Origin: Bacteroidales bacterium
GTDB lineage: Bacteria > Bacteroidota > Bacteroidia > Bacteroidales > JAFGHD01
Direction: 5' to 3'
Assembly: GCA_016939365.1 (NCBI GenBank)
Contig: JAFGHD010000002.1
Span: 72,787 to 136,786, forward strand
DNA: 64,000 nucleotides
The notes under the pieces are model-generated. The model had not been told where the DNA came from. It saw nothing but the letters and a program-made list of their open reading frames with translations, and made no database searches. Position numbers and translations under genes: made by a program. Below, in pieces: positions 35,055-45,109 of this stretch (positions within the stretch are counted from its first letter, which is position 1; every line of letters starts with the position of its first letter).

Positions 35055-36329
35055 TCAATCGTCAGGTTTCACATATGCCTTGATACACAGGTTGACTTCC
35101 AGTGATTGCATGAGGCTGTTCTTTCCGCAGGGATGCCAGATCCCCGGCCACTTCCTGTGATCAGGCCCCACCCAGCATCTGTCTTCAGCCATAAGGGGAT
35201 CGGAATACCCGCTGACATGTGTCTCAACGGGTATCGGCAGCGTCTGACCTTCACATGAGTAACGGATCAGGATATAAAAATCCTCACCGGTTTTTAATTT
35301 TACGTGGTCAGGCAGGGGGAAGGAGTAGTATCCGGCGAAGCTGCAAATGGTATCGGGTATCCCGGTAAGCCGGCTGTAAGGCTCAAGAGAGTCAGGAAAT
35401 GCAGCAAGTACCTGTATCTCAAGCCGTGTATCCGGGTGATTGACAAAGGTGCCCACCCTGACCAGTCTTAAGTCGTTCTCTGCCGTAAAGCGTACCAGAC
35501 CAGTGCCGTCAGGGCCGTCAAAACCCAGCCCCCGGTAAGCGCCGAGAGTATCGTAATAAAGTACCCTGAGGTCATCCCCTGACCGGATCCATCCCGGCCA
35601 GATGGCATTGTACCTGAGAAATGAGGAATCCTGGTAGGCAACATAGAAAAAACCCTCCTCCCCGAAAAGCACACCCTTGCTGTTCTGCACGATCCAGGCC
35701 CCCTGCCCGCATCGGGTCACGAGCGTGTCATTCCACCCCGCAATGGCAACGGCATGGTTGATCCTCGACAGACCGGAATAGCAATATACATGGGTAGTCG
35801 TATCGAAATAGGCGTCCTTGAAATACATCATGGAAAAGACAGGTCCACAGGTCATCAGCATCCTTTTGATGAGGCTTCTTTCTCCCGGGAGATACCGGGC
35901 CTGGGTGTATGTCACGGGGAGGCACGAATTGGGTATTTCCGGTGTGCCGTCTTCCGGTTGGCATATAAGCGGCCCCGAATGTCTCGCCAGATATGCCGTA
36001 ACCATATAATGATTGCCTGATGATGTCCTTCCCGGATCAAAACCATGATGATCGATCAGATGATATTCCGAAAAGGTGCCGGCTTCTCCCAAAGCCTTGC
36101 ACAGAGATGACTCCAGCACTGTCATGGCTGCACTTGCCCAGCAGGTGGAGGGCGAATGCACTCTGACTGGTGTCAGGCATCCTCCGTTCCTCATGTCATA
36201 TAACCAGGGAAGCCTGATGGTTCCGGTGTCTGACATATCCGGATCGGGACACAACCATTCTCCCTGCCCCTGTAGGCACAGGGAAAACGCTGCCATGATA
36301 ATCGTATGCAATATTCCCGGCTTCATCAT
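35055..36329 (-). CDS. Secreted papain-like (C1 family) cysteine peptidase with a C-terminal extension
   Basis: Signal peptide MMKPGILHTIIMAAFSLCLQGQ. Cys context PSTCWASAAMTVLES, His context INHAVAIAGWND, and Asn/Trp context GAWIVQNSKG. Confidence 0.65.
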   Translation of the reverse strand: MMKPGILHTIIMAAFSLCLQGQGEWLCPDPDMSDTGTIRLPWLYDMRNGGCLTPVRVHSPSTCWASAAMTVLESSLCKALGEAGTFSEYHLIDHHGFDPGRTSSGNHYMVTAYLARHSGPLICQPEDGTPEIPNSCLPVTYTQARYLPGERSLIKRMLMTCGPVFSMMYFKDAYFDTTTHVYCYSGLSRINHAVAIAGWNDTLVTRCGQGAWIVQNSKGVLFGEEGFFYVAYQDSSFLRYNAIWPGWIRSGDDLRVLYYDTLGAYRGLGFDGPDGTGLVRFTAENDLRLVRVGTFVNHPDTRLEIQVLAAFPDSLEPYSRLTGIPDTICSFAGYYSFPLPDHVKLKTGEDFYILIRYSCEGQTLPIPVETHVSGYSDPLMAEDRCWVGPDHRKWPGIWHPCGKNSLMQSLEVNLCIKAYVKPDD

Positions 36330-36506
36330 GACGAAAATAACACTTTGCGGGCATCATTCCCTTTCTTCATCTTCAAGTTGCTGAAATATGCAGCTGCAGA
36401 CACCTGAACAGCAGTTCATGCAGTTCTTTTGCAAACTTTTCAACATGACCTGTCCGTGCAGGATTTTGTTTATATTTTTACGGTTCACACGCAGCATCTC
36501 TTGAAA

Positions 36507-39500
36507 ATGCCTGATTTCACTCACTTACATGTACATACGCAATATTCCATCCTCGACGGTGCCGCAAATATCAGCCAGCTCATCGGGCGGGCCCGCGAAC
36601 TCGGCATGCAATCCCTGGCGATCACAGATCACGGAAACATGTTCGGGGTACTCAGTTTCTTCAACGAAGCCCGGAGACAAGGGATCAAACCTTTGATCGG
36701 TTGCGAGGTCTATGTTGCGGAAGGCAGCCGTTTCGAGAAGCGTGGGAAAATGGATCGGAGCGGTCACCATCTGATACTGATCGCCAGAAACATGACCGGA
36801 TACCGTAATCTTTCAAGGCTCAGTTCGCTGGGTTTCCTGGAAGGATTTTATTACACGCCCCGTATCGATAAGGAATTGCTGGCTGTTTACAGTGAAGGGC
36901 TGATCTGCTCCACCGCATGTCTCGGAGGAGAGATACCCTCGTTGATCCTCGGCAAGGGAGAAGAGGCTGCGCAATCCGCCCTCGGGTGGTATATGGATGT
37001 ATTCGGCGGGGATTTCTACCTGGAGATGCAGGATCATGGGCTGCCTGAACAAAAGATCGTCAACCAGACCATTGTACGGCTCGGCAGGAAGAATAATATT
37101 CCGGTCATTGCCTCCAATGATGTTCATTTCATCCATGCCGAGGATCATGAGGCTCACCAGATACTGATCTGCCTCAATACAGGTAAGGACATCACGGATG
37201 ACACTGCACTCCAGTACACCGGACAGGAGTACCTGAAATCTCCGGAGGAAATGAGCCGTTTGTTCGCTGAGATACCTGAAGCCATCTCAAATACCCTTGA
37301 AGTAGCGGCAAAAGTGGAAGATTTCGACCTGCACCAGGAGGTGATCCTGCCCAGATTCCCCTTGCCTGAAGGGTTTGGTTCGGAAAGCGAATACCTGAGA
37401 CACCTGGCCTTTGAGGGTGCAAAGCGGAAATACGGAAGCATTACCGATGAACTGAGTGAAAGAATCAACTTTGAGCTGAAGGTGATTGACAACATGGATT
37501 TTCCCGGATATTTCCTGATCGTTCAGGACTTTGTGAATAAGGCCCGGGAGATGGGGGTCATGGTAGGTCCAGGGCGTGGCTCGGCAGCTGGCTCAGCTGT
37601 TGCATACTGTACCGGCATCACCCACATTGATCCGATCAAATACCAGCTGCTTTTCGAGCGTTTTCTGAACCCGGATCGGGTCAGCATGCCTGACATCGAC
37701 ATTGATTTCGATGATGAAGGCCGGGAAAAGGTACTCGATTATGTCGTCAGGAAATATGGGGAGAAAAGGGTAGCCCAGATCATCACTTTTGGGACGATGG
37801 CTGCCCGGTTGGCCATACGCGATGTAGCCAGGGTACTCAAACTCCCGCTGCCGGAAGCGGACCGGATTGCCAAACTGGTACCTGAAAAGCCTGGTGTAAG
37901 CCTGAAGAAGGCTATTGAAGAGGTTCCCGAGCTGGCTGAAATCCATTGCGGAAAAGACGAAAATGCAAGAAAAACACTTACACTGGCCCAAACCCTGGAG
38001 GGATCGGCCAGACATACCGGCACACATGCATGCGGCGTGATCATCGGCCCGGACGACCTGATCAATTACCTGCCGCTCAGTACCGCCAAGGATTCCAAAC
38101 TGATGGTAACGCAGTATGAAGGGAAGCTGGTCGAATCGGTTGGAATGCTTAAAATGGACCTCCTGGGCCTGAAAACACTTTCCATCATCAAGGATGCGGA
38201 ACTCAGCATTGAAAAGAGACATGGGGTTAGGATCGATATGGATTCCATACCCCTTGATGATGCCCAAACCTTCGAGCTCTATCAGAAGGGAGAGACCATC
38301 GGAACTTTCCAGTTTGAATCGGAAGGGATGAGAACCTACCTGAAAGAACTCAAACCCACCAGCATTGAGGACCTGATCGCCATGAACGCTCTGTACCGTC
38401 CGGGGCCCATGGACTTCATCCCAACCTATATCAGGCGGAAGCATGGAAAGGAAAAGGTTGAGTACCCCCACCCCTTACTGGAGGGCATATTGAAATCCAC
38501 CTTTGGCATCATGGTATACCAGGAACAGATCATGCAGGCGGCACAGATCATGGGAGGTTTCACTCTGGGAAAAGCAGACCTGTTACGCAGGGCGATGGGT
38601 AAAAAAAAGATGGAGATCATGGAGGAGCAGAAGGCCCTGTTCGTCGAGGGTGCAAAGGAAAAGGGTATCGATCCTGCCAGAGCCGCGGAGGTCTTCGCCA
38701 CCATGCAGGAGTTTGCCAAATATGGATTCAACCGTTCCCATTCCGCAGCCTATTCCGTTATCGCCTATCAGACGGCTTATCTGAAAGCCCATTATCCTCC
38801 GGAATACATGGCCGCCGTATTGACACACAATCTTCATGACATCAAAAAAATCACCTTTTTCATCGATGAGTGTCGCAGGCAGGGGATTGAGGTGATGGGA
38901 CCTGATGTCAACGAGAGTGATCTGAACTTCACCGTAAATCAGAAGGGTATGATCCGCTTCGGACTTGCCGCAGTGAAGAACGTTGGCGAATCGGCAGCCC
39001 GTAGCATCATCGGGGAAAGGGAATCTGGAGGACTATACCGGCATATTTTTGATTTTTCAAAAAGAATCAGCCTCAAAGCGGTCAACAGAAGATGCATGGA
39101 AGCCCTTGCCATGGCAGGAGCCTTCGACTGCTTCGAAAATACCCACAGAGCCCAGTACTTCTTCAGGGAACATACTGATGACACCATTTTCCTTGAAAAA
39201 ATCATCAGGCATGCAGCCAGTATCCAGGAAAAAAAGAATGCAGCACAGGCCAGCCTTTTTGGCGATATGAGCAATGTGGAAATCAAAGATCCGGAGATGC
39301 CCGGATGCACTCCCTGGACAAGACTCGAACTGTTAAAAAATGAAAAAGAGGTCACCGGATTTTATATGTCCGGGCATCCGCTTGAGGATTACAAGCTGGA
39401 AATGGATCATTTCTGCAACGCCACGATCAGCAACATCAGTAATAATCCCGAACTCTTCAAGAACAAGAATGTCGCATTTGCCGGTATCCTCACATCGGTA

Positions 39501-39962
39501 AGTCACAAGACTTCTCGTAACGGTACACCCTATGCCAGTTTTTCAGTTGAGGATTATACAGACACCATCCAGCTTTTCCTGTATTCCGAGGACTATCTCA
39601 AAATGCGCCACTTACTGGTGGAAGGACAGTCGCTCTTTATCCGGGCGAGGGTCCAGTCACGCAATGTGTCTTCCAGCTTTCTGGAAGTCAGGGTGTCACA
39701 GATGCTGCTGCTCCCTGATGTTCTTGAAAGGCTCACTGAAAACATTACCATCCAGGTTAATCTGGAACAGATACATTCAGGAATGATTGACCTGTTCTGT
39801 CAGATCACGCATGATCATCCGGGTGAAGCCAGGTTCCGTTTCGAAATTTCCGATCCAGAAACCTCCCCGGGAATCAGCTTACCCTCCCATAACCGAAAGG
39901 TAAATCCCAGGTTGTTTCTTGAAGCAGTAAAAAAAACAGGACTTCGTTTCAAGCTTTCATAG
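36507..39962 (+). CDS. dnaE: DNA polymerase III alpha subunit
   Basis: The PHP domain starts MPDFTHLHVHTQYSILDGA. Also present: GPGRGSAAGSAVAYCTGITHIDP, PDIDIDF, and an OB fold near the C-terminus. ATG at 36507. Confidence 0.95.
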   Translation: MPDFTHLHVHTQYSILDGAANISQLIGRARELGMQSLAITDHGNMFGVLSFFNEARRQGIKPLIGCEVYVAEGSRFEKRGKMDRSGHHLILIARNMTGYRNLSRLSSLGFLEGFYYTPRIDKELLAVYSEGLICSTACLGGEIPSLILGKGEEAAQSALGWYMDVFGGDFYLEMQDHGLPEQKIVNQTIVRLGRKNNIPVIASNDVHFIHAEDHEAHQILICLNTGKDITDDTALQYTGQEYLKSPEEMSRLFAEIPEAISNTLEVAAKVEDFDLHQEVILPRFPLPEGFGSESEYLRHLAFEGAKRKYGSITDELSERINFELKVIDNMDFPGYFLIVQDFVNKAREMGVMVGPGRGSAAGSAVAYCTGITHIDPIKYQLLFERFLNPDRVSMPDIDIDFDDEGREKVLDYVVRKYGEKRVAQIITFGTMAARLAIRDVARVLKLPLPEADRIAKLVPEKPGVSLKKAIEEVPELAEIHCGKDENARKTLTLAQTLEGSARHTGTHACGVIIGPDDLINYLPLSTAKDSKLMVTQYEGKLVESVGMLKMDLLGLKTLSIIKDAELSIEKRHGVRIDMDSIPLDDAQTFELYQKGETIGTFQFESEGMRTYLKELKPTSIEDLIAMNALYRPGPMDFIPTYIRRKHGKEKVEYPHPLLEGILKSTFGIMVYQEQIMQAAQIMGGFTLGKADLLRRAMGKKKMEIMEEQKALFVEGAKEKGIDPARAAEVFATMQEFAKYGFNRSHSAAYSVIAYQTAYLKAHYPPEYMAAVLTHNLHDIKKITFFIDECRRQGIEVMGPDVNESDLNFTVNQKGMIRFGLAAVKNVGESAARSIIGERESGGLYRHIFDFSKRISLKAVNRRCMEALAMAGAFDCFENTHRAQYFFREHTDDTIFLEKIIRHAASIQEKKNAAQASLFGDMSNVEIKDPEMPGCTPWTRLELLKNEKEVTGFYMSGHPLEDYKLEMDHFCNATISNISNNPELFKNKNVAFAGILTSVSHKTSRNGTPYASFSVEDYTDTIQLFLYSEDYLKMRHLLVEGQSLFIRARVQSRNVSSSFLEVRVSQMLLLPDVLERLTENITIQVNLEQIHSGMIDLFCQITHDHPGEARFRFEISDPETSPGISLPSHNRKVNPRLFLEAVKKTGLRFKLS

Positions 39963-39987
39963 CCACGGCAGGATGACGAAAAAAATA

Positions 39988-39995
39988 TATTTTTG
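39988..39995 (+). promoter_or_regulatory. Candidate -7 promoter motif TATTTTTG upstream of trxA
   Basis: Matches TAnnTTTG, 32 nt upstream of the ATG at 40027. Confidence 0.35.
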
Positions 39996-40026
39996 ATCCG
40001 GCTAATATCTTATAACGATATCAAAT

Positions 40027-40344
40027 ATGGCACTCGAAATCACCGATGTAAATTTTGAAGAAATAGTCTTGAAATCAGACAAACCGGTACTGGTGGATTT
40101 CTGGGCGGAATGGTGCGGTCCGTGCAGGATGGTGGGACCGATCGTACAGGACATCGGACAGGAATATGAAGGCAGGGTTGTTGTTGGAAAGCTCGATGTG
40201 GACAATAATCCCGGGGTACCCGGCAAGTTTGGCATACGAAACATACCGACGATTCTGTTTTTTAAGAACGGACAGGTAGTTGACAAACAGGTAGGCGCGG
40301 TCCCGAAGCAGATACTGGTTAACAAACTGGAAGCAATTCTCTGA
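40027..40344 (+). CDS. trxA: Thioredoxin
   Basis: VLVDFWAEWCGPCRMVGP, 105 aa. Confidence 0.95.
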   Translation: MALEITDVNFEEIVLKSDKPVLVDFWAEWCGPCRMVGPIVQDIGQEYEGRVVVGKLDVDNNPGVPGKFGIRNIPTILFFKNGQVVDKQVGAVPKQILVNKLEAIL

Positions 40345-40447
40345 CTGGCGGCGGGTAGGTTTCAAAGTTCATGTGTTCCGCCATCTGTAATGACAACGGA
40401 CCCCTGTTGAGACGGGATGCGGTATACCGGCATATCTGAATGAAAAT

Positions 40448-41380
40448 TTGAATTACAGCATTGACCATCACCGGATCGAGCAGTTCGGCACACTCGAATT
40501 CCTTGCCAGGCAGGTGGTGGAAGGGTTTATTGTCGGATTGCATAAGAGCCCGTTTCACGGGTTTTCGGTTGAGTTTGCAGAACATTGGCTTTATAATTCA
40601 GGAGAATCCACCAAACACATCGACTGGAAGCTGTTTGCCAGGACAGACAAACTCTTTGTCAAGAAATACGAAGAAGAGACCAATCTCAGATGCCAGATTA
40701 TCATCGACAAATCCTCTTCGATGTACTTTCCTGTCAGGGAACGAATTTCCATCAATGAACCCAACAAGGTCACCTTTGCGGTCTATGCGGCGGCCTCGTT
40801 GATTTATCTGCTGAAGAAACAGCGGGATGCTTTTGGTATCTCACTGTTTTCGGATCATATCGAATGGCATACAGAAACAAAATCCAGCTCCGTCCACCAA
40901 AGGTTTGTATATTCTCTTCTGGAAAAGCTGCTGCCGCCTGAACAGGACAGACCCAGGAAAACATCCGCAGCAGAAGCCCTGCATGAAATTGCGGACAAGA
41001 TTCACAAAAGGTCGCTGGTGGTGATCTTCAGCGATATGCTGGACACTGGAAGTGGCCAGGATCAGCTTTTTTCAGCACTCCAGCATCTCAGGCACAACAA
41101 GCATGAAGTGCTTCTGTTCCATGTAACAGACAGGGCCAGGGAGATGGAATTCGATTATGACAACCGCCCTTACCGTTTTGTTGATCTTGAATCCGGGGAA
41201 CAGGTACGGTTATATCCGGCTTCCATCCGTGATGAGTACCGCAAATCAGTTCACCGTTTCCGGGAAACCTTGAAAATCCGTTGCGCCCAGTACAACATTG
41301 ACTTTATTGATGCCGATATCAACCAGGGGCTGGAGCATATTCTGCTGACCTATCTGGTGAAGCGCAGCCGGTTGTATTGA
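40448..41380 (+). CDS. DUF58 domain-containing protein (vWA-like)
   Basis: GLHKSPFHGFSVEFAEHWLYNSGESTKHIDWKLFARTDKLFVKKYEEETNL is the DUF58 signature. The apparent start is a TTG at 40448, with no in-frame ATG nearby. Confidence 0.75.
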   Translation: MNYSIDHHRIEQFGTLEFLARQVVEGFIVGLHKSPFHGFSVEFAEHWLYNSGESTKHIDWKLFARTDKLFVKKYEEETNLRCQIIIDKSSSMYFPVRERISINEPNKVTFAVYAAASLIYLLKKQRDAFGISLFSDHIEWHTETKSSSVHQRFVYSLLEKLLPPEQDRPRKTSAAEALHEIADKIHKRSLVVIFSDMLDTGSGQDQLFSALQHLRHNKHEVLLFHVTDRAREMEFDYDNRPYRFVDLESGEQVRLYPASIRDEYRKSVHRFRETLKIRCAQYNIDFIDADINQGLEHILLTYLVKRSRLY

Positions 41381-41392
41381 TTCAAAAAATTC

Positions 41393-42172
41393 ATGATGAC
41401 CCTTTTCATTGAGATCCGGTTCTGGGATATTGTAGATGTCCTGCTTGTGGCCATTCTCCTGTTCGAACTCTACCATCTTCTAAAGGGCACTGCCGCGATC
41501 CACATCTTTTTTGGCGTCGTATCCATATTTCTCGCCTGGCGCCTCACGGGCCTTCTCGGAATGACCCTTCTCAGTCAGATTTTCGGCGGATTTGTCAGTG
41601 TGGGATTCATTGCATTGATCGTGGTCTTCCAGCCCGAGATCAGAAAATTCCTCCTGATGCTGGGCAGTCCAGGTTTCCTGAGCAAAAGGAAGAATCGTTT
41701 TTTCTTCTGGAAAGTCAGCATGAAATCCGATCTGGTTCTGGACATCGAGCCACTGCTTCTGGGTGTACAGCATCTCTCTGCTTCCCGGACCGGTGCCCTG
41801 ATCGTCATTGCACAACAGAATGAGCTGGCCCAGTATATTGAAACCGGGATACGGATCGATGCTGAGATCACTGCCCAGCTGATCGAAAACATTTTTATCA
41901 AGAACAGCCCGTTGCACGACGGAGCCATTATTATTCACCGCAACCGGGTCAAGGCAGCACATTGCATACTGCCCGTTTCAGGCCAGCGTGACATACCACA
42001 CAACCTGGGTCTCAGACACCGGGCAGCACTCGGAATTTCAGAGCAATCTGATGCCTTATCAATCGTCGTGTCGGAAGAAACCGGCCACATTTCTTATGCT
42101 TACAAAGGTGCACTGGTGACCCGTACAAATACCAATGAAATCAGGAACCTCATAACCGATATCCTGGCCTGA
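41393..42172 (+). CDS. cdaA: Diadenylate cyclase CdaA (DisA_N/DAC domain, membrane-anchored)
   Basis: Three N-terminal TM helices (WDIVDVLLVAILLFELYHLLKGT...). DAC motifs GALIVIAQ, SPLHDGAIII, GLRHRAALGISEQSDALSIVVSEETG. Confidence 0.88.
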   Translation: MMTLFIEIRFWDIVDVLLVAILLFELYHLLKGTAAIHIFFGVVSIFLAWRLTGLLGMTLLSQIFGGFVSVGFIALIVVFQPEIRKFLLMLGSPGFLSKRKNRFFFWKVSMKSDLVLDIEPLLLGVQHLSASRTGALIVIAQQNELAQYIETGIRIDAEITAQLIENIFIKNSPLHDGAIIIHRNRVKAAHCILPVSGQRDIPHNLGLRHRAALGISEQSDALSIVVSEETGHISYAYKGALVTRTNTNEIRNLITDILA

Positions 42173-42310
42173 TCCCAAAAAAAATTATTTTAGCACCCCG
42201 GATGGTCCACGATAGGATGACAGGCGGATCAATTTGATTTTACCTGGTTTGACCATTTGCGGATTTTTTTTATATTTCGGGACACATTGCATATTTCAAA
42301 ACAGGTTACC

Positions 42311-43660
42311 ATGGAATTAACGGTTGAGAACGCCCTGTCTCCGGTTGACGGTCGGTACAGGAAATATGTGGAAGGCCTCTCCTATTATTTCTCCGAAGGA
42401 GCCTATATCAATTACCGGGTTTTCGTGGAGGTGGAGTACTTCATCGCATTATGCAGGATTCCACTGGATCCTCTGAAAGACTTCGGTACAAACCGGTTTG
42501 ACGACTTGCGTGCCTTATGCAGGGATTTTACTTTCAAGGATGCGGAAACGGTAAAACGGATTGAAAAGGAGACCAATCATGATGTAAAGGCTGTGGAGTA
42601 TTACCTGAAAAAGGAATTCGACCGCTTGGGCCTCTCAGACTACAGGGAATTCCTGCATTTCGGACTGACATCACAGGACATCAACAATACCGCCATACCC
42701 TATGCACTGAAACTGGCATTCAACGACAGCATCTTTCCTCAGATGAATAAAGTGTTGAGCAAGCTGCTGCAGCTCAGCAAGGAATGGAGAAAGATACCGA
42801 TGCTGGCCCGCACTCACGGACAACCTGCATCCCCCACCCTTCTGGGCAAGGAAATCTATGTATTTGCGGAGCGGTTGAAAAACCAGCTCAAACATTTGAA
42901 ATCAGTTCCCTTTACTGCAAAATTCGGAGGGGCCGTGGGTAATTTTAATGCGCACTATGCAGCCTTTCCCCATATCGATTGGATCGCCTTCGCCGATGAT
43001 TTCATCAGAAGCCTGGGCCTGGAGCGTCAGCGCACCACCACACAGGTGGAGAATTACGACTACCTTGCCGCTTTTCTCGATAATGTCCGACGGATCAACA
43101 CCATCCTGATCGATCTCAACCGTGACATGTGGAGCTATATCTCCATGGAGTATTTCAGACAGAAGACCAAACCGGGTGAGGTCGGATCATCCACCATGCC
43201 TCACAAGGTCAACCCGATCGATTTTGAAAATTCGGAGGGCAACCTGGGCATCGCCAATGCATTACTGGTATTTCTGGCGGAAAAACTCCCCGTATCCCGT
43301 CTGCAACGGGATTTGACGGACTCAACGATAACCCGGAACATCGGTGTCCCCATGGCACATTCACTCATTGCATACAAGTCACTGATCAGAGGCTTGAACA
43401 AGCTGATCGTCAACGAGGAGAAAATTTCGCACGATCTTGAAGACAACTGGGTGGTCATCGCAGAGGGCATCCAGACCATCCTCAGAAGGGAGGGTTTCCC
43501 AAAACCCTACGAAAAGCTCAAGGAACTCACACGGAACAACCGTAAGATTGATCAGGAAACGCTGCACTCATTCATCAGCAAGCTGAAGATTCCCGAGGAG
43601 GTCAGAAAAGAGCTCAGGGAGCTCACACCGTTCAATTATACAGGAGTTTTCAGGCCTTAG
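42311..43660 (+). CDS. purB: Adenylosuccinate lyase
   Basis: LSPVDGRY, GLTSQDINNTA and GSSTMPHKVNP (the fumarate-lyase signature). ATG at 42311. Confidence 0.93.
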   Translation: MELTVENALSPVDGRYRKYVEGLSYYFSEGAYINYRVFVEVEYFIALCRIPLDPLKDFGTNRFDDLRALCRDFTFKDAETVKRIEKETNHDVKAVEYYLKKEFDRLGLSDYREFLHFGLTSQDINNTAIPYALKLAFNDSIFPQMNKVLSKLLQLSKEWRKIPMLARTHGQPASPTLLGKEIYVFAERLKNQLKHLKSVPFTAKFGGAVGNFNAHYAAFPHIDWIAFADDFIRSLGLERQRTTTQVENYDYLAAFLDNVRRINTILIDLNRDMWSYISMEYFRQKTKPGEVGSSTMPHKVNPIDFENSEGNLGIANALLVFLAEKLPVSRLQRDLTDSTITRNIGVPMAHSLIAYKSLIRGLNKLIVNEEKISHDLEDNWVVIAEGIQTILRREGFPKPYEKLKELTRNNRKIDQETLHSFISKLKIPEEVRKELRELTPFNYTGVFRP

Positions 43661-43666
43661 GCATCT

Positions 43667-44539
43667 ATGAAAGTCAGTGGCTTTAGCTTTATCAGGAACG
43701 CAATCCTGTATGACTACCCCGTTGTGGAGGCCATCACCTCCATCCTGCCAGTTTGCGACGAGTTCGTCATTGCAGTAGGAGCATCCCGTGACGGCACTCT
43801 TGACTTGATCCGCGGCATTGACTCCGGAAAAATCCGGATCGTAGAAACATTATGGGACGAATCGCTGAGAGAGGGAGGCCGCGTGCTTGCTGATGAGACA
43901 GATAAAGCCTTCAGGGCCATTTCTCCGGATTCCGATTGGGCCTTTTACATACAGGGAGATGAGTGTGTACATGAAAACGAACTGCCTGCAATCCACAGGG
44001 CAATGACGGAATTCAGGGATCGTCCTGAAGTGGAAGGACTCCTTTTTGACTATCTGCACTTTTATGGGTCATACGATTTTGTGGGTGACTCAAGGAAATG
44101 GTATCGCAGGGAAGTCAGGATCGTCCGTAATGACCCGAAGATATCCTCCTTCAGGGATGCACAGGGATTCCGCTGGAGCAACCGGTTGCTGCACGTTAAA
44201 CACTCAGGGGGTACCATTTACCACTACGGATGGGTGAAACAGCCTGAAATCCAGCAGACCAAGCAAAGGGATTTCAACCGGTTTTGGCACGACGACCGGT
44301 GGATACAAAAAAATATTCCGGATGCATCTCATTTTGACTACTCCAGGATCGATTCCCTTCGTCCCTTTGCAGGCACTCATCCCCTCGTGATGCAGGAAAG
44401 AATATCCCGGAAAAACTGGAAGTTCAACTTCGATCCCTCACGGAAGAATATGTCGCGGAAAAGCAGAATTCTTGGCTTCATTGAAAAACAAACCGGCTGG
44501 CGGATAGGCGAATACAGGAATTTCAGGTTGATCAGCTGA
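43667..44539 (+). CDS. Putative glycosyltransferase (GT2-like fold)
   Basis: MKVSGFSFIRNAILYDYPVVEAITSILPVCDEFVIAVG...WAFYIQGDECVHE resembles a Bacteroidetes family usually annotated as glycosyl transferase. The assignment is from memory only. Confidence 0.45.
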   Translation: MKVSGFSFIRNAILYDYPVVEAITSILPVCDEFVIAVGASRDGTLDLIRGIDSGKIRIVETLWDESLREGGRVLADETDKAFRAISPDSDWAFYIQGDECVHENELPAIHRAMTEFRDRPEVEGLLFDYLHFYGSYDFVGDSRKWYRREVRIVRNDPKISSFRDAQGFRWSNRLLHVKHSGGTIYHYGWVKQPEIQQTKQRDFNRFWHDDRWIQKNIPDASHFDYSRIDSLRPFAGTHPLVMQERISRKNWKFNFDPSRKNMSRKSRILGFIEKQTGWRIGEYRNFRLIS

Positions 44540-44568
44540 TATATTTACAGATGTACGCGATAATTATG

Positions 44569-44576
44569 TAAGTTTG
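44569..44576 (+). promoter_or_regulatory. Candidate -7 promoter motif TAAGTTTG
   Basis: Matches TAnnTTTG, 21 nt upstream of the ATG at 44597. Confidence 0.35.
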
Positions 44577-44596
44577 AACCGGATAAATCGAGTTGC

Positions 44597-45109
44597 ATGA
44601 TGGATCTGACGAAAATTGTAACCATTTCAGGAAAACCTGGCCTGTACAGGATGATCTCTGAAACGAAGCACGGGATGGTTGTGGAGTCGATGCAGGACAA
44701 CAGGAAATTCACGGTCTTCAGTCATGAAAGGGTCAGTGCACTCCAGGAGATCAGTATTTATACGGATTCTGATGAAGTCGCGCTGAAAACGGTGTTTAAA
44801 GCCATCTTTGACAAAGAGAATGGCGGACCCGTCCTATCCCACAAATCAGATGAAAATGAGCTGAAGTCCTATTTTGAGGGCATTGTCGGGAATTATGACC
44901 GGGATCGCGTCTATATTTCCGATATCAGAAAGGTACTGCACTGGTACAACATCCTTCAGGAGATGGGATTGCTTGACTTTGCCGGTGACGAAGCGGCAGA
45001 GGGTTCCGGAAACGATGAACCGGAAGCCAAGGAAGGAAATTCCCGCGCGGATGACGACAGGGCTGCAGAAGAAGGCAGCAAAAATGAAACTGAGAGGAAG
45101 ACCGACTGA
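44597..45109 (+). CDS. DUF5606-like protein with an acidic C-terminal tail
   Basis: LTKIVTISGKPGLYRMISETKHGMVVESMQDNRKFTVFSHERVSALQEISIYTD resembles the DUF5606 family as I recall it. The tail is rich in D/E/A. Confidence 0.5.
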   Translation: MMDLTKIVTISGKPGLYRMISETKHGMVVESMQDNRKFTVFSHERVSALQEISIYTDSDEVALKTVFKAIFDKENGGPVLSHKSDENELKSYFEGIVGNYDRDRVYISDIRKVLHWYNILQEMGLLDFAGDEAAEGSGNDEPEAKEGNSRADDDRAAEEGSKNETERKTD

